A stretch of 34,339 nucleotides of DNA from Thermoflexales bacterium (GTDB taxonomy: Bacteria; Chloroflexota; Anaerolineae; B4-G1; SLSP01), in contig SLSP01000209.1 of assembly GCA_007130345.1 (NCBI GenBank), positions 1 through 34,339 of the forward strand, written 5' to 3'. The notes under the pieces are model-generated. The model saw only the letters and a list, made by a program, of their open reading frames with translations. It was not told where the DNA came from and searched no databases. The position numbers and the translations under genes were made by a program. Positions within the stretch are counted from its first letter, which is position 1; each line of letters begins with the position of its first letter. Of this stretch, positions 23,989 to 32,439 are shown one piece after another.

Positions 23989-24117
23989 TCTGCTGAAAGA
24001 ACCCTAAAAACCCGATGTTTTAGAAACTTGATACTGCGGTAGATTTTTTCGCGTGCGAATTTCATATAGAGTGGTCGCGTGTGGAAAAATCGGGTTGATG
24101 GGCTTTTTCAGGGGACT
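23989..24117 (-). mobile_element. R2 MITE-like element, copy B (inverted relative to copy A)
   Basis: Its reverse complement reads AGTCCCCTGAAAAAGCCC..CCGATTTTTCCACACGCGACC..TATATGAAATTCGCACGCGAAAAAATCTAC..GGGTTTTTAGGGTTCTTTCAGCAGA. This is colinear with 15252-15385. It lies in the uppS-cdsA spacer. Confidence 0.6.
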
Positions 24118-24174
24118 TAACAGTCCGCAAATTTGGGGATGGGAACGGGTAAACCTGTGTCGGGAATAATGGCG

Positions 24175-24906
24175 TTACGAATTCAATCCGCCATATCGTC
24201 GGTCGCGCTGGCTAAAGGCTTCCAGGGCGCGGTAAAACTCGTCCTTATCGAAATCCGGCCATAGCTTAGGCGTCATATAGTATTCGGCATAAGCCCCTTG
24301 CCAGATCATAAAATTGCTCACCCGCATCTCCCCGCTGGTGCGGATGACGAGATCGACATCCGGTTGCCCGGCGGTATAGAGATGGTCACTAATGAGCGCT
24401 TCGTCAATGGTGTCTGGGGGGATGTTTTGACGGACAATCCGCCGGACCGCTGCGACGATCTCCTGGCGGCCCCCGTAATTGAAAGCGATGTTGGCGATAA
24501 TGCGATCATTATCGCGGGTCAATGCCACGGCATCCTGAATACGGGCCTTCAAGTGTGGGGACAGCGGCGAGAGATCGCCCAAGTGCCTTAATTGTACACC
24601 ATTCTTGTGTAATTCGCCAACTTCCTTATCCAGCGCGTCGTTGAGGATGCGGAGCAGGCCGCGCACCTCGTCCGGCGGACGGTGCCAGTTCTCGGTGGAG
24701 AAGGCGTAGAGCGTGACGATAGGTACGCCCAACTCCACCGCTGACCGGAGTACCTGGCGCAGATTCTCCACCCCGGCGCGATGCCCGGCCAGCCTCGGCA
24801 AGCCGCGCTTGCGCGCCCAACGTCCGTTGCCGTCCATAATAATCCCAACGTGGGCCGGTAATGCGGGCAAGGGGGGATACTGTGTAGATTCTTGCGCGTG
24901 GCTCAT
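24175..24906 (-). CDS. uppS: isoprenyl transferase / undecaprenyl-diphosphate synthase
   Basis: Has HVGIIMDGNGRWA, TLYAFSTENW, LVIRTSGEMRVSNFMIWQ. Confidence 0.9.
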   Translation of the reverse strand: MSHAQESTQYPPLPALPAHVGIIMDGNGRWARKRGLPRLAGHRAGVENLRQVLRSAVELGVPIVTLYAFSTENWHRPPDEVRGLLRILNDALDKEVGELHKNGVQLRHLGDLSPLSPHLKARIQDAVALTRDNDRIIANIAFNYGGRQEIVAAVRRIVRQNIPPDTIDEALISDHLYTAGQPDVDLVIRTSGEMRVSNFMIWQGAYAEYYMTPKLWPDFDKDEFYRALEAFSQRDRRYGGLNS

Positions 24907-24927
24907 AGTATTAGGAGGATCAAGAGG

Positions 24928-25485
24928 TCAGATTTCCATAATGTCTTGTTCTTTGCGCTCACCTATCTCGTCGATCTTCTTCACAAAACGGTCGGTGAGT
25001 TCCTGCAAATCGTCCTGGCCGCGATGTAGTTCATCTTCGGAGATGATTTTCTCATCCTCGTATTCGCGCAGATCACTCAGCGTGTCACGGCGGATGTTGC
25101 GCAAAGCGACTTTCGCCTCTTCCACGCGGCGATTGACGATCTTGACCAGGTCTCGGCGGCGTTCTTCGGTGAGGCGCGGAATGGGCACGCGGATGACGCG
25201 CCCGTCGTTGCTCGGATTCAGCCCCAAATCCGCCTGCATAATCCCCCGCTCGATGGCGGCCAGGGACGTGGGATCGTAGGGCCGCACCAGTAACATCTGG
25301 GGTTCCGGCGCGGAGGTGGTGGCGAGTTGCTGGAGCGGGGTGGGTGTCCCGTAGTATTCGACCATCACGCTTTCCAGCAATGCCGGAGACGCGCGCCCGG
25401 TGCGAATACTTCGGAAGTCGCGCTCCATCGCTTCGACGGCTTTTTCCATCCGGCTTTCCGTGTCTTGTAGCAGTTCTTTAATCAT
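24928..25485 (-). CDS. frr: ribosome recycling factor
   Basis: Shows RRF-family similarity throughout (RTGRASPALL, VEYYG, IRVPIPRLTEERR). ATG at 25485 is preceded by AGGAGG. Confidence 0.95.
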   Translation of the reverse strand: MIKELLQDTESRMEKAVEAMERDFRSIRTGRASPALLESVMVEYYGTPTPLQQLATTSAPEPQMLLVRPYDPTSLAAIERGIMQADLGLNPSNDGRVIRVPIPRLTEERRRDLVKIVNRRVEEAKVALRNIRRDTLSDLREYEDEKIISEDELHRGQDDLQELTDRFVKKIDEIGERKEQDIMEI

Positions 25486-25515
25486 AATGCCTCCTGATGC
25501 AAATGACAAATAGTT

Positions 25516-25539
25516 CGTCAAACGTCATGGTCAAACGTT
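25516..25539. repeat. R3 motif (one arm, two units)
   Basis: CGTCAAACGTCATGGTCAAACGTT lies 31-54 nt upstream of the frr start codon and just downstream of the pyrH terminator. Confidence 0.5.
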
Positions 25540-25543
25540 AAAA

Positions 25544-25571
25544 CCAATACCAACTGAATCCTGCCCGAAGG
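25544..25571 (-). terminator. intrinsic terminator after pyrH
   Basis: The minus strand reads CTGAATCTGCCC-TTC-GGGCAGGATTCAG (one bulge), followed by TTGGTATTGGTTTT. Confidence 0.6.
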
Positions 25572-25577
25572 GCAGAT

Positions 25578-26294
25578 TCAGTTTCCAATCAAGGTGCCGA
25601 TGGGTTCTCCGCGCACAACTTTCTCCAGACTGTTGGGGTCCCAGAGGTCGAGGACGACGATGGGCACCTGATTGTCCATACACAGGGTCAGGGCGGTCGA
25701 ATCCATCACGCGCACCTGGAAATTGAGCGCATCGAGGTATGAGATGTGCTCGAAGCGGGTGGCATCGGGATTTTTATTGGGATCAGCATCGTACACGCCA
25801 TCCACTTTGGTGGCCTTGATGAGCAAATCCGCGCCGGTCTCGGCAGCCCGCAGCGCGGCCGCCGTGTCGGTGGTGAAGTAGGGATTGCCCGTACCCGCGC
25901 CGAAGATGACCACGCGCCCTTTGGCCAGGTGGCGCATAGCGCGCAGGCGGATGTATGGCTCGGCGATGGCGCGCATCTCGATGGCGGTCTGCACGCGCGT
26001 AATCACGCCGCGCCGTTCCAGAGCGTCGGCCAGGGCCAGGGAATTCATCACCGTAGCGAGCATCCCGATCTGGTCGGCGCGCGCACGATCCATCCCGTGA
26101 TCCATCCCATCGATGCCGCGCCACAGATTGCCGGCCCCGATGACGATGCCGATCTCGATTTCTTGCGCGTGGATTGCCGCGATGCGCAAGGCAACTTCGT
26201 CGGCGCGTTGGGGGTTGATGCCGCAGCCGCCGGGATTTGAGAGAGATTCGCCGCCGATTTTGATAATGACTCGGTTATAGTGTGGTTGTACCAC
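25578..26294 (-). CDS. pyrH: UMP kinase
   Basis: Has [57 protein letters not shown]. Confidence 0.95.
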   Translation of the reverse strand: MVQPHYNRVIIKIGGESLSNPGGCGINPQRADEVALRIAAIHAQEIEIGIVIGAGNLWRGIDGMDHGMDRARADQIGMLATVMNSLALADALERRGVITRVQTAIEMRAIAEPYIRLRAMRHLAKGRVVIFGAGTGNPYFTTDTAAALRAAETGADLLIKATKVDGVYDADPNKNPDATRFEHISYLDALNFQVRVMDSTALTLCMDNQVPIVVLDLWDPNSLEKVVRGEPIGTLIGN

Positions 26295-26335
26295 GCGATT
26301 GCCTCCCTAGGGTCAAACTATACTGAAAAACTAAC

Positions 26336-26558
26336 GCAAGGGCGCAAAGATGCAAAGACGCCAAGTAAATCTGGAGGATAATCTGAAAAATCCGAGTAAC
26401 CCCTCAGTTTTGTGAGCAAACCGCTCAAAAAATAGCTCGAAGTCCCCGTCTCGGGGCCGGTTCAAGCGTGTACTCCCGGTCTAGCCGTCCCCGGGGACGG
26501 GGGCGTGGTGTGCTCATGAAACTGATCCGTTGCAAACCCTTGTATCTTTGCGCCCTTG
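26336..26558. repeat. inverted-repeat pair CAAGGGCGCAAAGAT(G/A)CAA bracketing R1 copy 4
   Basis: CAAGGGCGCAAAGATGCAAAG at 26336-26356 faces the reverse complement of 26537-26558 (CAAGGGCGCAAAGATACAAGGG), with 15 consecutive identical bases. CTGAAAAA / CTTTTTCAG R2-end-like motifs lie at 26322, 26383 and 26581. Confidence 0.6.
26405..26527 (+). repeat. R1 hairpin element, copy 4 (long form, both termini intact)
   Basis: The outer stem CAGTTTTGTGAGCA / TGCTCATGAAACTG has adjacent T-G and G-T wobbles. Internal GC hairpins include CCGTCC-CCGG-GGACGG. Confidence 0.75.
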
Positions 26559-26605
26559 TGTCTTGGGGCTAAAACCAGGGCTTTTTCAGCAAAGCCAAAC
26601 TATAT

Positions 26606-26633
26606 GAAAAAAGGGGGGAGCTTTCTCCCCCCC
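26606..26633 (-). terminator. canonical intrinsic terminator after tsf
   Basis: The minus strand reads GGGGGGAG-AAAG-CTCCCCCC followed by TTTTTTC, starting 9 nt after the tsf stop. Confidence 0.75.
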
Positions 26634-26641
26634 TTGAGCAC

Positions 26642-27247
26642 TTACGCGGCTAAACTCTCTCCCAACTCGTAGCGGGCGAATCTGCGTACCATCATATTCT
26701 CGCCCGTCTTGGTCATCTGCTCCTTGAGCAGAGCGTCTACCGTCACGGAGTCATCCCGGATGAAGGGCTGCTCCAGCAGACAGCTCTGCTGGTAGAATTT
26801 CTCGATTTTCCCTTCAACGATGCGATCCAGGATATTTTCGGGCTTGCCCTCTTCGCGGGCTTGCGCGCGGTACAGGTCGCTTTCGCGCTGGATGACGCTT
26901 TCGGGTACATCCTCGCGGCTGATGTACTTGGGCGCCAGCGCGGCGATCTGCATAGCAATATCGTGAACCAGTGCCCGGAATTCGGGCGTGCGCGCCACGA
27001 AGTCCGTTTCGCAGTTCACTTCTAACAACACGCCGATGCGGTTTTCGCCGTGGATGTAGGAATCTACTATGCCTTCGTTGGCCTCGCGGTCCATTCGTTT
27101 GGCAACTTTGGCTAAACCCTTCTCGCGGAGGTAATCCACCGCCTTATCGAAGTCGCCCTCGGCAGCTTCCAGGGCCTTACGGCAATTCAAGATACCGGCA
27201 GCGGTGGCTTCGCGTAATTCTTTGATCATATCAACCGTGATGTCCAT
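26642..27247 (-). CDS. tsf: translation elongation factor Ts (short form)
   Basis: The N-terminal UBA-like block is IKELREATAAGILNCRKALEAAEGDFDKAVDYLREKG, followed by LLEVNCETDFVAR. Confidence 0.9.
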   Translation of the reverse strand: MDITVDMIKELREATAAGILNCRKALEAAEGDFDKAVDYLREKGLAKVAKRMDREANEGIVDSYIHGENRIGVLLEVNCETDFVARTPEFRALVHDIAMQIAALAPKYISREDVPESVIQRESDLYRAQAREEGKPENILDRIVEGKIEKFYQQSCLLEQPFIRDDSVTVDALLKEQMTKTGENMMVRRFARYELGESLAA

Positions 27248-27253
27248 CAGGCT

Positions 27254-28207
27254 CTACTCCTCGTCGTCTTCGTCATCATCATCAGCGAAGTCTTCGTCGT
27301 CATAGTCGTCGTAGTCTTCGTCGTCATCTGCATCCTCATAATCGTAGTCCTCGTCGTCGTAATCGTCGTCCGCGTCTGCGTCATCATCTGCATCGTCGTC
27401 GTCATCCTCGGCGAGGCCGCCTTCCTGCTGCTGAATCTTGCGCAACCGGGCCAGGGTTTCAGCGCTGAGGTATTTCTCGTCCTCGGCGTAGATTTCTCCG
27501 CCTTCATCGGGTGTCTGCTGCTTGCGCAGGGCGATGCCTTCCAACGCGGCGTCGGCAACCTTCGATGTCATCAGGCGGATCGCGCGGATGGCGTCATCGT
27601 TGCCGGCTATGACATAATCGATCAGGTCGGGATCACAGTTGGTATCCACCACCGCCACGATGGGAATCCCCATCCGGTCGGCCTCGCGGATTGCGGTCTC
27701 TTCGTTGCGCACGTCGATGATGAAAACCACGCCGGGCAGCCCGCGCATATCCTTGATGCCGCCCAATCGCCCGTTGAGCTTTTCGATCTCGCGGGTGAAC
27801 ATCAAGGCTTCCTTTTTACTCAACATATCAAATTCGCCGGCATCCCTGCGCTCTTCCAGCTCTTTGAGGTAGTCGATGCGTTGCCGGATGGTCTGCCAGT
27901 TCGTCAGCGTCCCCCCGAGCCAGCGCTGGTTGACGTAGGGCATCTGGCTGCGTTCCGCTTCCTGGCGGATGCTTTCTTGTGCCTGGCGCTTGGTGCCGAC
28001 GAAGAGCACCTGTTTGCCTTCCGCAACAATGTCGCGGATCAGGGCATAGGACTTCTCCAGCGCCTTCACCGTCTGCTGCAAGTCGATAATATGCACGCCG
28101 TTGCGCTCGGTGTAGATGTAGCGCTTCATCTTGGGGTTCCAGCGGCGCGTGCGGTGCCCGAAGTGGACACCTGTTTCCAAAAGTTGCTTCATCGTGACAA
28201 TAGCCAT
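27254..28207 (-). CDS. rpsB: 30S ribosomal protein S2 with 51-aa poly-Asp/Glu/Tyr C-terminal tail
   Basis: Has [57 protein letters not shown]. The tail is [51 protein letters not shown]. Confidence 0.95.
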   Translation of the reverse strand: MAIVTMKQLLETGVHFGHRTRRWNPKMKRYIYTERNGVHIIDLQQTVKALEKSYALIRDIVAEGKQVLFVGTKRQAQESIRQEAERSQMPYVNQRWLGGTLTNWQTIRQRIDYLKELEERRDAGEFDMLSKKEALMFTREIEKLNGRLGGIKDMRGLPGVVFIIDVRNEETAIREADRMGIPIVAVVDTNCDPDLIDYVIAGNDDAIRAIRLMTSKVADAALEGIALRKQQTPDEGGEIYAEDEKYLSAETLARLRKIQQQEGGLAEDDDDDADDDADADDDYDDEDYDYEDADDDEDYDDYDDEDFADDDDEDDEE

Positions 28208-28353
28208 AAACTCTTACGTCCTCCTGTGGATTTGTTTTAAACCTCCGCGATCATCATCCCGCGCGGGACCGATTGCTCGGCACGTCCCCGTCAGTCCGAC
28301 CGCGTGTGTTTTCGCGGGAAAGTAGCACGCCAACAGGCGTGCTGTGTAGGGTG

Positions 28354-28382
28354 ATTTTAATACCATTCTTGAATTTTGGCAA
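28354..28382 (-). promoter_or_regulatory. candidate sigma70-type promoter for rpsB-tsf
   Basis: On the minus strand: TTGCCA (28382-28377), a 17-nt spacer, then TAAAAT (28359-28354). This implies a leader of about 140 nt. Confidence 0.5.
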
Positions 28383-28396
28383 GTGCGAAAATCGCT

Positions 28397-28470
28397 TCAA
28401 ACGTCGGCGCGTCAAACGTGAAGCAGCATCTTGGCATTGGTTTTGACGTTTGACGCATGACGTTTGACGA
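28397..28470. repeat. R3 motif array: two CGTCAAACGT-type units facing two ACGTTTGACG units
   Basis: TTCAAACGTCGGCGCGTCAAACGTG lies at 28397-28420, then a 23-nt spacer, then TGACGTTTGACGCATGACGTTTGACGA at 28444-28470, which is a tandem 14-nt period. Confidence 0.6.
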
Positions 28471-28589
28471 GTCACGTCTCACGAAAGTATGCAGACGCTT
28501 TACGTTGCCTTGCCAACGCTTCAGAACAAGGTACAATCGCTTACGGAGCCGGCTCTCTCGGCTCCGTTCTTTATGCTGATGAGGTGACG

Positions 28590-29975
28590 ATGAACTATCA
28601 CGACGCTTTACGCTATCTATACGGTTTGGTGGACTACGAAAAACGCCGCATTGCGCGCTACTCGCCCCGCGAGTTCAAGCTCGACCGCGAATTTCAACTG
28701 CTGGCGCGGCTTGGCAATCCGCATCAGGCGTACCCCACCATCCATGTGGCGGGCACGAAGGGCAAAGGCTCCGTCTCGCTGATGCTGGCCGAGATCGCGC
28801 GGGCCGCCGGGTTGCGCGTGGGGCTGTATACCTCGCCGCACCTGCACACCTACCGCGAGCGGATGCAGATTGACGGCGAACCGATCTCGCGTCGTGCTAT
28901 GGCCGCTCTGGTCACGGAGATGCAGCCCCTTGTGGATGTCGATCCCGAATTGACCACGTTTGAGGTGACGACGGCGCTGGGTTTTCTGCACTTCGCCCGC
29001 GAGGCCGTCGATCTGGCGGTGATGGAGGTGGGGCTAGGCGGGCGGCTGGATGCGACCAACGTTATCACGCCGGAAATCAGTATCATCACCTCCTTGAGCC
29101 TGGATCATACCGAACTCCTGGGCGACACCCTCGCCGAGATCGCCGGAGAGAAGGCGGGCATCATCAAGCCGGGCGTGCCGGTAATCAGCGCGCCGCAGCA
29201 GACCGCAGCCCTGGACGTGTTGCGCGCCATCGCCGCCGAGCGCGACGCGCCCTTGACGGTGGTGGGGGAGGCCTGGACGTGGGCCTCGCTTGGGATTCAG
29301 CCCGATGGACAGGCGTTCCGCTTCCGCCGGGCAGCCGGGGATAGCGACTTTGACGGTGAGTATCATCTGGGGATGTTGGGCGAGTTCCAGCAAGAGAACG
29401 CGGCGGTCGCGCTGGCCGCGACCGCTACGCTGGCGCGAGACCACGCCTGGGCGATGCCCCGCGCCGCGCGCGCGGGACTGGCGCGCGCGCGCTGGCCGGG
29501 GCGTCTGGAGCGGTTAGGTCAGCAGCCGCCGGTAATCGTGGACTGCGCGCACAATGATTACTCGGCGCGGGTTATGCTGCGCTCCGTGCAGCAGTGGTTC
29601 CCGGGCTTGCGCTGGGTGCTCATCTACGGCGCATCTGGCGACAAGGACATTGAGGGGATGTTGCGGGAACTGCTGCCCTGCGTCGAACACATCATTGTCA
29701 CGCGCTCCTATCACCCCCGCGCAGCCGCGCCCTACACTCTGGCCGATCTCTGCGCCCGATTGGGCCAGGGCGCGGAGATTGCGGTGTCGCCCAAGCAGGC
29801 GTTGGAGCAGGCGTGTCAGCACATTAAGCCGGGATGGGGCATCCTCGCCACCGGGTCTATTTTTCTGGTGGCTGATGTCCGCGAGGCGTGGCATCACGTT
29901 GCGGCGTTGCAGTTGCCGGAAGGGGACTGGATTGACGAACCGTGGGACGCGCCGCAGTATGAGGCAGGAGGTTAG
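28590..29975 (+). CDS. folC: bifunctional folylpolyglutamate synthase / dihydrofolate synthase
   Basis: Has the P-loop VAGTKGKGS and Mur-ligase family blocks (SPHL, EVGLGGRLDATN, LDHTELLG). ATG at 28590 is preceded by GAGGTGA. The track start at 28464 would translate the R3 repeats. Confidence 0.9.
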   Translation: MNYHDALRYLYGLVDYEKRRIARYSPREFKLDREFQLLARLGNPHQAYPTIHVAGTKGKGSVSLMLAEIARAAGLRVGLYTSPHLHTYRERMQIDGEPISRRAMAALVTEMQPLVDVDPELTTFEVTTALGFLHFAREAVDLAVMEVGLGGRLDATNVITPEISIITSLSLDHTELLGDTLAEIAGEKAGIIKPGVPVISAPQQTAALDVLRAIAAERDAPLTVVGEAWTWASLGIQPDGQAFRFRRAAGDSDFDGEYHLGMLGEFQQENAAVALAATATLARDHAWAMPRAARAGLARARWPGRLERLGQQPPVIVDCAHNDYSARVMLRSVQQWFPGLRWVLIYGASGDKDIEGMLRELLPCVEHIIVTRSYHPRAAAPYTLADLCARLGQGAEIAVSPKQALEQACQHIKPGWGILATGSIFLVADVREAWHHVAALQLPEGDWIDEPWDAPQYEAGG

Positions 29976-29978
29976 ATT

Positions 29979-32375
29979 ATGGATTGGGACCCTTTGACTT
30001 TCCCATCAGACGACGTTTTCGATGAGTTGCTAGGGACGGAACACGACGGTGAAGCACCATTCCAGGCCATCGTTTTGCCGTTGCAAGAGCTGGTTTTCTT
30101 CCCGCAGATGGTCTCCCCGCTGTTTTTGGAGCAGGAATCGGCAAAACAGGCTTTGGAGGCGGCGGTACAGGCCGATCTGCCGTTAGTCGGTGTGGTGCAG
30201 CGCGACCCGCAGCAGTTAGAAGATCCTCAGGCGGAGGACTTGTACACCGTCGGCACCGATTTGGTCGTCGTGCGTTACATCCATCTCCCCGATGAGACCC
30301 TCAGCGCCATCGTTCAGGGGATCGGGCGGATCAAGATTCTGGAATACACGCAGTATGAGCCTTATCTGGTGGCTAAAGTCCAGCCGCTCTTTGAATGGAC
30401 TGACGACAGCACGCTGGAAGAGGCTTTGATGCGCGCGGTGTTGGCGATGTTCGAAGAGGTTATCTCGCTCAACGAGTCGCTCCCCGAAGAGGCGTATGTC
30501 TACGCGATGAACGAGTCTTCTTCCGGTGCCCTGGCGGATATGGTGGCGCAGATCATCACGTTGGATGTGGCGCAACGCCAGGAGTTGCTCGAAACCCTGG
30601 ATGTCAACCACCGCTTACAGTTGATCAGCACCTATCTGGGGCACGAGTTGGAGGTGCTGGAACTGGAAGATCGCATCCATACCACCGTGCAACAGGAAGT
30701 GGACAAAACGCAGCGCGAGTATTTTCTGCGCGAGCAGTTGCGCGTCATCCAGCACGAGTTGGGCGAAAGCGACAGTTTTACCCGTGACGTGGCGCGGCTG
30801 GAAGAGGATTTCGCCGCCGGCGAGTTCCCAGATTACGTGCGCGAGCGCGCGTCAGAGGAATTAAAGCGTCTGGCGATGATGCCGGCTATGGCCCCGGAGT
30901 CGGGCATCCTGCACACGTACCTGGATTGGCTGCTCAACTTGCCGTGGCACACCGCGACGACGGACAACCTCGACCTGGGTCACGCGGAGCAGGTGCTGGA
31001 ATCGCGGCATTATGGGCTGCCCAAAGCGAAGGAGCGCATCCTGGAATATATCGCGGTGCGCAAAATGGCCCCGGAAAAGAGCCACAGCACTATCCTGTGC
31101 TTTGTGGGGCCGCCGGGCACGGGCAAAACGTCGCTGGGCCGCTCCATCGCCGAAGCTCTGGGGCGCGAGTTCGTCCGCGTGTCGCTTGGCGGTGTGCGCG
31201 ATGAGGCGGAAATACGCGGGCACCGGCGCACGTACATCGGCGCGCTGCCCGGCCGGATCATTCAGACGATGCGCCGGGCGGGCACTGTCAACCCGGTCTT
31301 TATGCTGGATGAGGTGGATAAGTTGGGCCAGGACTTCCGGGGTAATCCTGCGTCAGCTTTGCTGGAAGTGCTTGATCCGGAGCAGAACTATGCCTTTTCT
31401 GATCACTATCTCGAGATCCCCTATGATCTCTCTCAGGTGCTCTTTATCACCACCGCGAATATTATGGACACGATCCCCCCGGCGTTGGAAGACCGGATGG
31501 AGGTGATCGAGTTTCCTGGCTATACAGAAGATGAGAAAATCGAGATCGCGCGGCGGTTCCTAATTCCGCGCCAGATCGAACTCAACGGCCTGGAGGGGAC
31601 GCCGCTGCATTTCCAGAAAAAGAGCCTGCACACGTTGATCCGCCAATACACTTATGAGGCCGGCGTGCGTAATTTGGAGCGCGAGATCGGCAGTCTGTGC
31701 CGCAAAGCCACCCGTCGCCTGGCCGAAGATAAACGCCCGTTGGCGACTGTCACGCCCAAGACCCTCACGCGGTATCTGGGAGCGCCCCAGCATATCGACG
31801 ACCCGCTGGAAAAGCAGCATCTCGTCGGGCTGGCGATGGGGCTGGCGTGGACGCCCAACGGCGGTGATCTGCTGCCGGTAGAGGTCGCGCTGTTGCCGGG
31901 CAAGGGCGGTTTTATGCTCACGGGCCGGCTCGGCGATGTGTTGCAAGAGTCCGCGCAGGCCGCGTTCACCTATCTGCGGGCCAGGGGCCCGGAGTATGGG
32001 ATCAGCCCGGAGCAGTTCGACAAGACCGACATCCACATCCACATGCCCGAAGGGGCCATCTCCAAAGACGGCCCCTCAGCCGGATTGACTATCGCTGTTG
32101 CGCTCTTTTCCGCCTTCACTCAGCGGCCCGTCTACCGCGACGTGGCGATGACCGGCGAGATCACTTTGCGCGGGCGGGTGTTGACCGTCGGCGGCCTCAA
32201 GGAGAAGCTGCTGGCCGCGCATCGGGCCAAAGTGCAGCGGGTGTTCCTTCCGGCGCGCAATCAGAAAGATCTGCCGGAGATCCCCAAGACGATTCTCAAA
32301 CCCCTCGATCTGGTATGGGTGAATGACGTCGACACGGTGCTGCGCGAAGCGCTGCTTCCGCCAGAAGCCGCGTAA
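29979..32375 (+). CDS. lon: ATP-dependent protease La (Lon)
   Basis: Has the LonA N-domain, Walker [10 protein letters not shown], Walker B FMLDEVDK, and the protease serine in [14 protein letters not shown] with a downstream lysine ([10 protein letters not shown]). Confidence 0.95.
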   Translation: MDWDPLTFPSDDVFDELLGTEHDGEAPFQAIVLPLQELVFFPQMVSPLFLEQESAKQALEAAVQADLPLVGVVQRDPQQLEDPQAEDLYTVGTDLVVVRYIHLPDETLSAIVQGIGRIKILEYTQYEPYLVAKVQPLFEWTDDSTLEEALMRAVLAMFEEVISLNESLPEEAYVYAMNESSSGALADMVAQIITLDVAQRQELLETLDVNHRLQLISTYLGHELEVLELEDRIHTTVQQEVDKTQREYFLREQLRVIQHELGESDSFTRDVARLEEDFAAGEFPDYVRERASEELKRLAMMPAMAPESGILHTYLDWLLNLPWHTATTDNLDLGHAEQVLESRHYGLPKAKERILEYIAVRKMAPEKSHSTILCFVGPPGTGKTSLGRSIAEALGREFVRVSLGGVRDEAEIRGHRRTYIGALPGRIIQTMRRAGTVNPVFMLDEVDKLGQDFRGNPASALLEVLDPEQNYAFSDHYLEIPYDLSQVLFITTANIMDTIPPALEDRMEVIEFPGYTEDEKIEIARRFLIPRQIELNGLEGTPLHFQKKSLHTLIRQYTYEAGVRNLEREIGSLCRKATRRLAEDKRPLATVTPKTLTRYLGAPQHIDDPLEKQHLVGLAMGLAWTPNGGDLLPVEVALLPGKGGFMLTGRLGDVLQESAQAAFTYLRARGPEYGISPEQFDKTDIHIHMPEGAISKDGPSAGLTIAVALFSAFTQRPVYRDVAMTGEITLRGRVLTVGGLKEKLLAAHRAKVQRVFLPARNQKDLPEIPKTILKPLDLVWVNDVDTVLREALLPPEAA

Positions 32376-32391
32376 TCTACCGCACCATGCA

Positions 32392-32421
32392 AACGGGGCG
32401 CAGTCTGGACTGCGCCCCGTT
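32392..32421. terminator. hairpin between convergent lon and hpf
   Basis: AACGGGGCGCAGTC / GACTGCGCCCCGTT is a 13-14 bp GC-rich stem. No strong T tract follows on either strand. Confidence 0.55.
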
Positions 32422-32439
32422 GTGCTGTCACTATCGTGA

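Noticed and set aside
15252-24117. The 8.9-kb segment bounded by inverted R2 copies as a composite transposon or genomic island.
   Set aside because: The cargo is core housekeeping (clpP, tig, rho, cdsA). It contains no transposase or integrase. By eye, GC content and codon style match the flanks.
23901-24174. A tRNA or other small RNA gene in the uppS-cdsA spacer and the other long spacers (13295-13538, 19784-20101).
   Set aside because: By eye I could not find a cloverleaf with acceptor/T-arm (GTTCRANNC) features or any other known RNA signature. The uppS-cdsA spacer is accounted for by R2 copy B, and the others by promoter-like AT-rich sequence and R3 motifs. A tRNAscan/Infernal run would settle this.
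27247-27558. A 103-aa ORF rich in Thr/Met/Arg overlapping the 3' end of rpsB in another frame.
   Set aside because: It is an alternate-frame reading of the GAY/GAR low-complexity tract that encodes the S2 acidic tail. It has no independent start signal.
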